Source of the DNA: Eledone cirrhosa
Lineage: Eukaryota
Length of the DNA stretch: 64,000 nucleotides
Assembly: GCA_964016885.1 (NCBI GenBank)
Contig: OZ024743.1
Coordinates: 174,406,001-174,470,000 of the forward strand
Direction: 5' to 3'
Of this stretch, positions 23,526 to 34,344 are shown in pieces. The translations under genes and the position numbers were made by a program. The notes under the pieces were generated by a model. The model made no database searches. It worked only from the letters and a program-made list of their open reading frames with translations, and was not told the origin of the DNA. Every line of letters begins with the position of its first letter. Position 1 is the stretch's first letter.

Positions 23526-23580
23526 ACTGCTATATATATTTCAGTGACAGCCATCTTTGGCTGTGACCTCTTCAGGCAGT
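23526..23580 (-). ncRNA. Minimal type I hammerhead ribozyme (PLE/retrozyme type)
   Basis: Minus strand: ACTGC-CTGAAGA-GGTCACAGCCA-AAGA-TGGCTGTCACT-GAAA-TATATATA-GCAGT. Stem I ACTGC/GCAGT, canonical CUGANGA core, long stem II, palindromic minimal stem III. Confidence 0.75.
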
Positions 23581-23688
23581 TTGAATTAGTATGGTATAGA
23601 CAAGTACATATGTTGTTGAGGTGCATAATATTGTCAATACTCTGATATGCCCAGTTCCTGGTTGGGTTGTTATTTCATAAGCATATAC

Positions 23689-23726
<38 letters not shown>

Positions 23727-23730
<4 letters not shown>

Positions 23731-24249
23731 ATACTTGGGGAGGGTCATATTTGTGTAATATTGCCAGAATTAATAACAGAACACACTCACTGTTTGGTTG
23801 GTTTTCGCTTTTCGCTTCTGTGTCTTTTATATCGGTAATCTAATTTATTCGGTCATCACGAACACACATCAAATAAAACACTATACACACACGCAAACTC
23901 ATGCGCAAAGAAGACAAAATAAAATAAACAAACAAACAAATAAATAAATACATAGACAGACTAAATAAAAATGGCGTGGACATACAATGTAACGGGCGGA
24001 AACAATAGCACCACTGACGATGTTGCAGATGTGCAACGAAAGAACTTTGATAAACTATATATATGTGTTTGTGTCTATATTGTATCTGTATTATTTTTGA
24101 CCGTCGGTCAGTCAATGGCAACATTGAGGACCGAATAAATTAGATTACCGATATAAAAGACACAGAAGCGAAAACCAACCAAACAGTGAGTGTGTTCTGT
24201 TATTAATTCTGGCAATATTACACAAATATGACCCTCCCCAAGTATAACA
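23727..24249. mobile_element. MITE-like element with ~125-bp TIRs, TGT..ACA termini and possible 4-bp TSD ATAT (Ginger-like signature)
   Basis: 23727-23854 is the reverse complement of 24128-24249 apart from a short duplication (TTTTCGC) in the left arm; ATAT on both flanks. Confidence 0.75.
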
Positions 24250-24291
24250 ATATTTGTTTCGACACACGATTTCATATAAAAAACCTCGCAA

Positions 24292-24990
<699 letters not shown>

Positions 24991-25139
24991 ACGTAGTTTA
25001 GAAAGCCACAACAATGCAGATGGGAAATCTCGAGGTAGGAAGTGAATGATAGATAGGAGAAATAGGAGAAAGTGAAAATTGAGAGAGACAAAGATGAAAA
25101 CAAAACAAAGGTAGAAGGGTTACCGTAGTGGAGATTTAA

Positions 25140-25176
25140 TCCCAATATTTCGGGCTCACGCCCATCAACGGGGGAA
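25140..25176 (-). ncRNA. Hammerhead-like variant in pseudo-LTR (second copy 28599-28635)
   Basis: Minus strand: TCCCCC-GTTGAT-GGGC-GTGA(GTAA)-GCCC-GAAA-TATT-GGGA. Confidence 0.4.
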
Positions 25177-25795
25177 AGTTCCAAAAAGGGGGGGGGGGGA
25201 ACAGGCTAAGCCGGAGAAAGTTGTGATGTCGTTAAAACAGGAATGCCGTTATGGGGAGAACATTTAAATGAGGGAAAGAATGCGCGTGCGCGTGATAGGC
25301 TGTGGCAAAAGCTACTGACCAAATGGGTTAAATCAAGAGGGTGCGCTAGCGTGTGAAAGCCGTAAAATATGTGTGTGTAAATATATATGTGTGTGTAGCT
25401 GTGTGTGTATATGTGTAAGTGTGTATATGTGTGAGTGTGTGTGTGTGTGAAAGATAGTGGGCTGTAGAAGCTGGAAATCAAAGGGTGTGAAAGGTGGTAG
25501 GTTGTAAAACATGTGTGCGTGTATAAATATAGATGTGTGTGTGTGTATGCGTATGGGTATATATGTGTGTGTAACTGTGTGTGTATATGTGTAAGTGTGT
25601 ATATGTGTGAGTGCGTGTGTGTGTGAAAGATAGTGGGCTGTAGAAGCTGGAAATCAAAGGGTGTGAAAGGTGGTAGGTTGTAAAAACATGTGTGCCTGTA
25701 TAAATATAGATGTGTGTGTGTATGCGTATGGGTATGCATATACGTGCGTGTTTGTGAAAATAGCAGGCCGTGAGGGCTGTGAATGGTCACTATGG

Positions 25796-28432
25796 TTAAA
25801 TTAGCCATGTCAGCTCATTTCTCTCAGCCCGGTTAAGTGGGGGTCTGAGGTTCTTAATAACAAGTGCTTCCTTTATCCTTAAGGATCCGATGCTGCGTTC
25901 AGTCGCTAGGACTGTGACCAAGGGTCTACCCTGTGGGTTTCCGCATTTAAGGATGTGTTTACGGAAGGAAGATGCGTTGGTGTTGATATGTTCCTTGATA
26001 CGAACATGTAGGGGTCGGATGGTGCTACCTATGTAAAACTTGTTACATTTATCGCATTGAATCTTATATACGACATAGGTGCGTAGGCAATCTGCCCCCC
26101 GTATCGGGCAGTTGCTGAGGGAACACGTCCCATCTGACTCGTCGGGTTTGTTGGAGAGGCATCTTCGCAGCGAAGGTCCTGTGTGGGCCAAATGTATGTC
26201 AAGTCCCTCCGTCCGTATGGCCCTGCGGATGGCGTTCGTGGTATATTCACTCAGGTGGGGGATTTTAAAGAAGCACCTGCTTTTATTTAAGTTTCTAGTG
26301 GGTGTCTGTCTATTGGGTCTGGGGTCTCTAATTCCGTTAATCAGTCGCTTGGGATATCCATTAGACTTGAGTAGATTACGGAATTGCGTGGTATGGGTGA
26401 GACCACCCATCGGGTCGCTGCATCTGTTAGTGATCCGTGTCAGTTCATTTAGGACATAGCCTCTCTTAGCGTTGTTGGGGAGGGCTGAGTTGTAATGCAC
26501 AAATAAGTCCTTGCACGCTGCTTTGCGGTAGAAGGTGGTGTTTATGTCTCCTTCTTCCGAGATGTTGATACGGAAGTCGAGGAGGGCGAGTGACCCGTCT
26601 TCTCCTGGGTGTTCGATGGTGAAATCGACGTGATGGTCAGTATCGTTGAAGATTTGGTGAATTTCATTCGCCATCTCCCGGGAAGAAGTAAGTATCAGGA
26701 TGTCATCAACGTATCTGGGGTAGAAGGCGACGGCGTTGGGTTGGCAGATATTGAGTGCCTTGCGTTCCAGGTGGTCCATGTACGAGATCGCAAGTATGCC
26801 GGACAGACTAGAGCCCATAGGTAGCCCAGAGATTTGTTTGTACGTGTGGCCGAGGAAATTGAAGAGTGCATTATCCACAACGAAGGAGAGGAGTTGGTGG
26901 ATGTCCGTGTGTGTGAGTCCGAAGCAGTGTAAGTTAGATGCTCGGACTCGTTCGGTCAACAGGTCGACGGCTGGGGATGCTGGTACGGAGGTATAAAGGG
27001 CAACCACATCAAGACTGAAGGCATAACCGTTGTCCTTTCTGGTGTTGGGCGCCAGATGGTGTAGTCGCTCCAAGACCTCCTTTGAGCTGCAGACGTGGGC
27101 TGGTAGTGTGTGTAGAATGGGTTTCAGTAGTGTGGAGAGCAGCCACGATATTTTGTAGAGTGGGCCCTCCACGCTAGAGACAATGGGCCTGATTTTCAAA
27201 TCGGGTCCTTGTTTATGTGTTTTAACCAGGTGGTAGAAGGTGGGTAGTTTGCTGTTTCGAGTCATTATGTTGTTTTTTACCTTCTTTGGCAGTTTTCGTT
27301 GGACACAGATGTTAGTCCATATGGTGTTAATGCCTTCCTCGATTAGAGTCGAGGAGGTCCCTGTGACTTTCGAGTAGAGGCTGTCGTCATTAAGATGTTG
27401 GAGAGCTAAGTTGTTGTAGGTCTCTCTCGAGATGACACAGAATTCTTTCCCCTTGTCAGAGGGAAGGTACACAAGGTTCCTGGATCTTAGGTTGGTGAGA
27501 GTATTAAATTGTGCATTGGTGAGGTTGCGTTTATTGTGTGTGTGTGTGTGTTGGGAAAGGATGTTAGAGATAGAATGTTTCAACCTGAGTAGTTTAGTGT
27601 CAAGTTCGTGGTTGGTGGGTGGGGGGTGGAGTGGGTTGTCGAGGTGGTACGTGGGGAGTGTGGGGTGGGTTGTGGGGTTGTAATCGATCTCGGTGTTGTT
27701 TTGGATGGCGGTTAGCCATTTCAGTTGATATGCTGTCCGACAGAAGTTGGTTTCGATGTCGAGTTTCAGTCTATCATCGAGACGCTGTGTAATGATGAAC
27801 TTGGGTCCGAGGCGCAGAAGTTCGAGTTCGTCGTTGGTGAGGGTACCGGTTAGGTCGGTAACGAGGTGTGAAGCATCGTTGTTAGGTAGATCGCTGTTGG
27901 GGGGTGTAGCGGAGGGTGTTGTATAGCTGTTGCCCCTGGTGTGGTTGTAGTCGGTCCGTCTGTGGGAGCGGATGTTGTCATTGTAGTATTTGTTTACAGT
28001 CCATTCGTATTTCCGTATAAGGCGCTGTTTATCGTATTTGACTCTGGTGTGGTAACACTGATCGATAGCTTTGCGTATTTCCCGGACCTGGTGGTCAGGG
28101 GTGAGGGTTGGAGCTATACGATCTATGTGCTCGGAAAGCGTTTGTATATGGAGTCGCAGTTGGTGGTGGTTGTGTCGCAGTATTTTCTTGATAAACGTGC
28201 GTTGAATGTGGCGGATGGCGTTTTCGAAGGATGGTGATCGTAAACATTCGGGTAGATGTATATTCCTGATGGTGGTTGGAATGATGTTGTTCTTTAGGCA
28301 GCGTTTTAAGAAGGTAATTTGGCAACCGAGTTTGGCACGATTCTCCGATAGTCTGAATAGGTCCCTTATGGGTGCAAACAAGTCCTGGCTCAGGTGTAAT
28401 GATAAGAGGGTGTTAAAGTTTGCTTGAAGCAT
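25796..28432 (-). CDS. Penelope-like RT + GIY-YIG endonuclease polyprotein (878 aa, intact)
   Basis: PLE motifs LLRLGPKF, SDKG, YHLVKTHK, RPIVS, SLDVVALYTSV, QISGLPMGSSLS, RYVDD, LLDF; linker CSLSNCPIRGADC; VVYKIQCDKCNKFYIGST-R-R-EH. Confidence 0.95.
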   Translation of the reverse strand: MLQANFNTLLSLHLSQDLFAPIRDLFRLSENRAKLGCQITFLKRCLKNNIIPTTIRNIHLPECLRSPSFENAIRHIQRTFIKKILRHNHHQLRLHIQTLSEHIDRIAPTLTPDHQVREIRKAIDQCYHTRVKYDKQRLIRKYEWTVNKYYNDNIRSHRRTDYNHTRGNSYTTPSATPPNSDLPNNDASHLVTDLTGTLTNDELELLRLGPKFIITQRLDDRLKLDIETNFCRTAYQLKWLTAIQNNTEIDYNPTTHPTLPTYHLDNPLHPPPTNHELDTKLLRLKHSISNILSQHTHTHNKRNLTNAQFNTLTNLRSRNLVYLPSDKGKEFCVISRETYNNLALQHLNDDSLYSKVTGTSSTLIEEGINTIWTNICVQRKLPKKVKNNIMTRNSKLPTFYHLVKTHKQGPDLKIRPIVSSVEGPLYKISWLLSTLLKPILHTLPAHVCSSKEVLERLHHLAPNTRKDNGYAFSLDVVALYTSVPASPAVDLLTERVRASNLHCFGLTHTDIHQLLSFVVDNALFNFLGHTYKQISGLPMGSSLSGILAISYMDHLERKALNICQPNAVAFYPRYVDDILILTSSREMANEIHQIFNDTDHHVDFTIEHPGEDGSLALLDFRINISEEGDINTTFYRKAACKDLFVHYNSALPNNAKRGYVLNELTRITNRCSDPMGGLTHTTQFRNLLKSNGYPKRLINGIRDPRPNRQTPTRNLNKSRCFFKIPHLSEYTTNAIRRAIRTEGLDIHLAHTGPSLRRCLSNKPDESDGTCSLSNCPIRGADCLRTYVVYKIQCDKCNKFYIGSTIRPLHVRIKEHINTNASSFRKHILKCGNPQGRPLVTVLATERSIGSLRIKEALVIKNLRPPLNRAERNELTWLI

Positions 28433-28690
28433 TGTGAAATGTGTAAAATACGTAGTTTAGAAAGCCACAACAATGCAGATGGGAAATCTCGAGGTAGGAA
28501 GTGAATGATAGATAGGAGAAATAGGAGAAAGTGAAAATTGAGAGAGACAAAGATGAAAACAAAACAAAGGTAGAAGGGTTACCGTAGTGGAGATTTAATC
28601 CCAATATTTCGGGCTTACGCCCATCAACGGGGGAAAGTTTCAAAAAGGGGGGGGGGGGAACAGGCTAAGCCGGAGAAAGTTGTGATGTCG

Positions 28691-31369
28691 TTAAAACAGG
28701 AATGCTGTTATGGGGAGAAAATTTAAATGAGGGAAAGAATGCGCGTGCGCGTGATAGACTGTGGCCTTGCTCTTCCTCTCAACCATATCATCTTCCGTAT
28801 TCCCAATCTTTGCTCCCAAATACAGGAAGCCCTCAACCAATTCTAGCGGCTTCCCGCCTACATTAGTGATCCCCTCTGGCTTCTCAACATATTCTACCAG
28901 ATATTTTGTTTTAGTCTCATTCATTCTCAGCCCCACACTCATCGACACAGTCTCAACCTCCCGCATCAAATCCTCTGCCTCCTTCACTGTATTTGTGACC
29001 AAAACTATGTCGTCGGCAAACTCAGCATCTGATACCTTTTTCGCCCTAACTCTCCTGCTCTGAGCCGGTGCTACAGTAAAGCCAGAGTCCTGGTGTTTCT
29101 CCAGTGCAAGGCGCATACAATAGTCCACTACGATGATAAAAAGGTAGGGAGCCAATGTATCTCTCTGGAGCACTCCAGCCAGTATCTCAAAGAACTCTGT
29201 CATCCCATCAGGTGTAATGACTTGGGCTTTGGTGTTGGTGTAGAGCAGTGATATCAGGTCCACTATCTTCTTGGGGATTCCATAAGCCTGTAAGATCTTC
29301 ATCAGGCAGTAACGGTCCACAGAATCAAAGGCCTTCCTAAAGTCAATGAAAACCATGACCGCAGGAAGGCACTTTGCTCTAGCTCCCTCTAATATCCTCC
29401 TCAGCATCAGGATGTGACTGGTGGTTGATCTACCCTCTCTGAAGCCGTTCTGGTTGTCCCTGAGCTTCTTCTCCATCTCAGGCTGGATCCTGTTAAGAAT
29501 CATCCTGTTGAGGGTCTTTGCCACAAGTGACGTCAGTGAGATCCCCCTGTAGTTGTTGGTGTTAGAGAGATCTCCCTTCTTTGGCACTGGGACGATGTTA
29601 CTGATCCTCCACTGATTCGGGGAAACTCCCTTCTCCAGTGCCCCGTTACAGAACCCCAGGATGATATCATCAAAATCACACCTCTTCATCACCTCTGATG
29701 ACACTCCATCTTCTCCATGAGCCTTGCCCTCCTTGATCCTCTTCTTGGCTCTCTGAAGCTCCTCTCTGGTGAAGGGCTCTGTCTCAATATCCAGTTCCTC
29801 AAACAGCCGCCTGATCTCCCCAGTGCTCTGGGCTGTGGAGGGTGGCTCTCCTAGTAGGGTCTTAAAATGGTCTAGCCATTTCCTCTTCCTATCCTCGGGC
29901 CCCGTTCCCTGGATCTGACTCGAACACCTTCTCTTCCTCCCTGTGATATCGTTGATGATCATCCAGCACTCCTTACATCCAGATCTGTCAACCGCTCTCT
30001 CCACACTTCTGATCTTCTCTATCAGTGCCTCCTCTCTGACCTCAGTGTAAGCAGTACAGAGTTCTTCCCTCATCACCTCCACAGTCTCCATCCTCTCCTC
30101 CGTAGGATCAGCATAGAATTGGTCCTTGGCAGCCTTCAGCTGTTCTCTGGCTGCACACACTTTTGGGTTTGCAGAGCTAACGTGCTTCCCTTTGTTCTTT
30201 TTCCTCGGCACCAGGGTTTTACTTGCTTCCGCCACTGCATTGGTGAAGTGCCCGTACCTCCTCGTCACACTCTCCTCAGTCCATCCAATCTCTCTCTCCT
30301 CTGACTCTCCACACAGAGCACTAAACCTGTTTCTCATTTCCACTGTGAACCTCTCCTGTAGCTTATCATCTTCCTTGAAAGCTCCCCAGTCATAGATTGC
30401 TCTCCGGGGCCGAGCCTTGCTCTTTCTTAAGCTCACCCGGACCTCACTCATAACAAGCCGGTGGTCACTACCCAGTGTACTGAAATAACTGTATGGTTCT
30501 GTGTTCAGAACACTATTCCGCCACTTTTTCCTCACCAGAATGAAATCAAACTGGGACTTGGACAGGTGCACATCTGAGATGTAGGTCCACATCTTCCCCA
30601 GATTCTTCCTAAACCTTAGGTTGGTCGCCATCAAGTTCGCCTCCAGCAGGGTGTCTCTCAGTAGTCTTCCATTTCGGTTGGTGTTGTTATGGAAGTACCA
30701 GAAAGGATCTTCACTGCCCTCCTTACTCAGATGTGCATTGAAGTCCCCCAAAACAAGCAGGATATTGTGTGCCTGAGTGGTGTTGACAGCTCTACACACC
30801 TCCTCATGGAACTCTTCCGCACTCACATCACTATGCCCCTCGGTTGGACTATAGGCTGAGATGACTGTCAGTCTTGGGTTTCCATTGAAGGTCACCCTCA
30901 ACACTCGCGGGGAGATAGGCATTATTTCCCTCACCAACAGATTGGTTCCTGCACTGAACACAAAACCCACTCCTCCTACTGCAGCATTTGTTGTGTTCTT
31001 CACTGCCGATGTAGTGATGAGCTGGCTCCTCTTCCCGATCATCACACTCCTCACGGGCTCATCGTGTAGGATCCTGTGTTCTTGGATCGCAAGTATCTGT
31101 ATACCACTCTCCTCGAACAGATGTCCCAACTCCTCTCTCTTCTCCAGCGTCCGAATAGTCCTCACATTCAAAGTGCCCATTTTGATGGCTCTTCTGCAGG
31201 ACAAAACTGCATTCTTTATATTTGTCTCAGAGACAGCTGATCCATCATCCACTGGCCCTCTCTGTGGCTCTAAGCCAGCAGAGTCATAACGACCAGGCTG
31301 CTCCTTGACAGTGTAATTAGGGGCTCTAACCCTAGTGCTGTTAGATCGACTCTCCATATTTCTTTTCAA
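28691..31369 (-). CDS. RTE-group LINE single ORF (AP endonuclease + RT), C-terminally truncated; last ~25 codons read into the PLE pseudo-LTR
   Basis: GTLNVRT, LAIQEHR, SAYSPT, LGDFNA, SDHRLV (APE); PVPKKGD, NYRGISL, QNGFR, FIDFRKAFDSV, GVLQRDTLAP, FADD, FLYLG (RT); LINE sequence ends at ~28766. Confidence 0.9.
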   Translation of the reverse strand: MKRNMESRSNSTRVRAPNYTVKEQPGRYDSAGLEPQRGPVDDGSAVSETNIKNAVLSCRRAIKMGTLNVRTIRTLEKREELGHLFEESGIQILAIQEHRILHDEPVRSVMIGKRSQLITTSAVKNTTNAAVGGVGFVFSAGTNLLVREIMPISPRVLRVTFNGNPRLTVISAYSPTEGHSDVSAEEFHEEVCRAVNTTQAHNILLVLGDFNAHLSKEGSEDPFWYFHNNTNRNGRLLRDTLLEANLMATNLRFRKNLGKMWTYISDVHLSKSQFDFILVRKKWRNSVLNTEPYSYFSTLGSDHRLVMSEVRVSLRKSKARPRRAIYDWGAFKEDDKLQERFTVEMRNRFSALCGESEEREIGWTEESVTRRYGHFTNAVAEASKTLVPRKKNKGKHVSSANPKVCAAREQLKAAKDQFYADPTEERMETVEVMREELCTAYTEVREEALIEKIRSVERAVDRSGCKECWMIINDITGRKRRCSSQIQGTGPEDRKRKWLDHFKTLLGEPPSTAQSTGEIRRLFEELDIETEPFTREELQRAKKRIKEGKAHGEDGVSSEVMKRCDFDDIILGFCNGALEKGVSPNQWRISNIVPVPKKGDLSNTNNYRGISLTSLVAKTLNRMILNRIQPEMEKKLRDNQNGFREGRSTTSHILMLRRILEGARAKCLPAVMVFIDFRKAFDSVDRYCLMKILQAYGIPKKIVDLISLLYTNTKAQVITPDGMTEFFEILAGVLQRDTLAPYLFIIVVDYCMRLALEKHQDSGFTVAPAQSRRVRAKKVSDAEFADDIVLVTNTVKEAEDLMREVETVSMSVGLRMNETKTKYLVEYVEKPEGITNVGGKPLELVEGFLYLGAKIGNTEDDMVERKSKATVYHAHAHSFPHLNFLPITAFLF

Positions 31370-31572
31370 ATGGCTGACAATACCTTACCGGCGCCACTCG
31401 AATAAGGTAGTTATTTAACCCATAAATGGAGCCCTAACAGGTACTACCATCCCGGGCCAGGGCAGACCTGGGAGTCATGACAACTAAGGGGTAACTCCAC
31501 ATTCCCCACAACTCCTGAACTCCCGAACTGGAGCCTTGCCACTGGATGTAGTTTAATGTCATACCAAGGACA
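28766..31572 (-). mobile_element. RTE-type LINE, 5' UTR plus ORF, lacking its 3' end
   Basis: About 200 bp of GC-richer leader (31370-31572) abuts (TA)n; the 3' side is joined directly to PLE-1. Confidence 0.85.
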
Positions 31573-31587
31573 TATATATATATATAA

Positions 31588-31676
<89 letters not shown>

Positions 31677-31684
31677 CATATATA

Positions 31685-34340
31685 TCCGTAGCGCCGTAAA
31701 TCGTTTCGACTTCCGCCACCGTTCCAAACGGAATAATATTTCACGGGGCGAACTCCTCGCTCTCCGCTCCCTCCGTAGCCGAGATGACATCGTCATCAAA
31801 CCGGCGGACAAGGGAGGCGCCGTGGTGGTGTGGCGCGCGGACCTCTACACGGCCGAAGCCCTCAGGCAGCTCCGTAACCCCCTCTTCTACCGCCTTCTAC
31901 CCTCCGATCCCACACTCCTCTACCAACAACAAGTTTCCTCCACCATCCAACACCTTGTCTCCTCCTCCATCCCCCCCACCGCTTCCCACCTCATCGTCCG
32001 CACCCCCCGCACCCCCACTATCTACTTCCTCCCCAAACTCCACAAACCCGACAACCCCGCCCGCCCCATCGTCTCCGCTTGCAACTGCCCCACCGAACTC
32101 ATCTCCGCCTTTCTCGACTCCCTCCTCGCCCCCCTTGTCACCACCCTCCCCTCCCACATCTCCGACACCAACCACGCCCTGCGCCTTTTCGACTCCTTCA
32201 CCTACCCACCCGGCCCACAGCCCTTCCTCTTCACCCTAGACATCAAGTCCCTCTATACCGTCATCCCCCACGCCGACGGCCTACGCGCCCTCAGACACTA
32301 CCTCGACCTTCGCCCCTCCCCCATTCCCTCCACCCCCACCCTCCTTCGTCTCGCCGAGCTGGTCCTCAACCTCAATTGTTTCTCCTACTCGGGTGAATTT
32401 TACCAACAGGTCACGAGGGTAGCCATGGGTACATGAATGGGCCCGAACTATGCCAACCTTTTTGTTGGCCATGTTGAGGCCCAAATCTTTGCCCAGTACA
32501 CCGGCCCCACGCCCGAACTGTACGGTCGTTACATCGACGACTGTATCGGAGCCACGACCCTCACCCGAGAACAGCTCGACTCCTTTCTCTCCTTCTTCTG
32601 CTCCTTCCACCCCTCCCTCCACTTCACCACCTCTATCTCCACCACCCACGTCCACTTCGACCCCTCCCACCACTCCCTCGTCACCTCCGCCTTCTTCAAA
32701 CCCACCGACTCCCACTCTTACCTCGACTTCACCTCTTCCCACCCCACACACACTAAACACTCTATTCCCTACTCCCAACTCCTCAGGATCCGCCGCCTCT
32801 GTAGCCGAGATGCTGACTTCGAGTCCTAGGCCCTTTCTCTAGTCAGCCATTTCATCCGCAGAGGTTACCCCTCCTCTCTCGTCCACACCGCTCTCACCCG
32901 CGCCCGTGCTGTCCACCGCTACACTACCCTCACCCCACGCCACCGCACACCCACCCACCGTCTCCCCTTCCCCATCACCTACCACCCCTCCACCTTACCC
33001 CTCCACCGCACCATCCGCCGCCTCTTCCGACGCCTCCAGTCCGACCCCTCCACCTCCCACATCTTCCCAACCCCACCACTCCCCTCCTTCAAACGCGCAC
33101 GCAATCTCCGCACCCTCCTCGTCCACAGCTCCCTACCCCCCAGCCCACGCTCCCCCCCCGGTTCCTTTCCCTGTTCTAGGCCCCGCTGCAACACCTGTCC
33201 CCACATCACCAACACCACCACCTTCCAGGGTCCCAACGGCCACTCTCTCTCTGTCCGGCATGCCTTCCGCTGCACCTCCTCCAACCTAGTCTACGGACTT
33301 CGCTGCACGGAGTGCAGCGCGACTTACGTCGGACAGACGGGACGTCGCCTGGCGGACAGATTCACTGAGCACCTCCGGGATATTCGTCTCGGTGGTAGTT
33401 CCCCCATCGCCCACCACTTTGGTGCCCCTGGACATTCCGCACGCCATCTCACAGTCTGTGGCCTACTCCAATGCCACGGAACACCCGCCAATCTCCTCAG
33501 AGTTGAACAAAGAACCATCTTCATCTTACAGACCCACACTCCCTCCGGCCTGAACTCCCCACCCTTCTTCCTTTAGCCTTCGACCGCCCCCTCCCCCCAC
33601 ACATATCCCCTACTAACACCACTAACAACCCCCTCCTTTTCACCGCCCACCCCACAACTAACAATACTAACACCTCCACTCCACCCCTCATCCGACCACC
33701 CTTCCCCAACTAACATACTAACATCCCTCCCTTCTTCTCCTCGCCCCTCCTTATCACACGCACACACCCACCGGCACATATATACACGCGCTCACACTAA
33801 ACACACACCCTACTACCACCACTAACCCACACATCCACCCCACCACCCCGCAACTAACATCACTAACACCCCCTGACCCCAAGCACACGAACACACGCAC
33901 CCACTTACACCACCCACCCTACACGCAACTAACATCACTAACACCCCCAACCCCACGCACACGTACACACACCCTCTTACACCACCAACTCTACACACCC
34001 TACCACCACTAACCCCCACTCACACCCGCATTCAACCCTTTCTCCACCTCCCGTATACTAACACCCACTAACACCCCCTTCATCAAACTACACACACACC
34101 AATACACCACACTCCCTCCATCGACCGCCACACCCTTCTCTCTCCGTTCCACCCACACCCTTTCTCAAACACTCACTCATCCCACTAACACCTCTACTAA
34201 TACCCACACACCCCCTCCTCACTCCAACTTTCACACCTACCCATCCTCGCCCCTTTACCATTCCACCCTACTGCTGCTATTCCCTCTGACCACCTCCCAG
34301 CACACACAGACACACAGCACTCCCACTGCCTTGACCACTT
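31685..34340 (+). mobile_element. 5'-truncated Neptune-type Penelope-like element (PLE-2), pseudogenised, extremely C-rich
   Basis: IVIKPADKGGAVVV, YFLPKLHK, RPIVS, TLDIKSLYTVIP, AMGT*MGPNYANLF, RYIDD, linker FPCSRPRCNTC, NLVYGLRCTECSATYVGQTGR, PSGLN; stops at 32434 and 32827; final TAG at 33574-33576; C/A-rich 3' UTR. Confidence 0.9.
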
Positions 34341-34344
34341 CCTG

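Noticed and set aside
28413-28643. Duplicated 75-aa ORFs (also 24957-25184)
   Set aside because: They are incidental frames in the PLE pseudo-LTRs with non-ATG starts.
32434-32436. In-frame TGA in PLE-2 (and at 58199 in Tx1 ORF1) as selenocysteine, as in Naiad PLEs
   Set aside because: The PLE-2 TGA falls at a usual Arg/Lys position (MGT-R-M), and both fit CGA>TGA decay. The elements have other lesions, and the PLE-2 domain order is RT then GIY-YIG, unlike Naiad.
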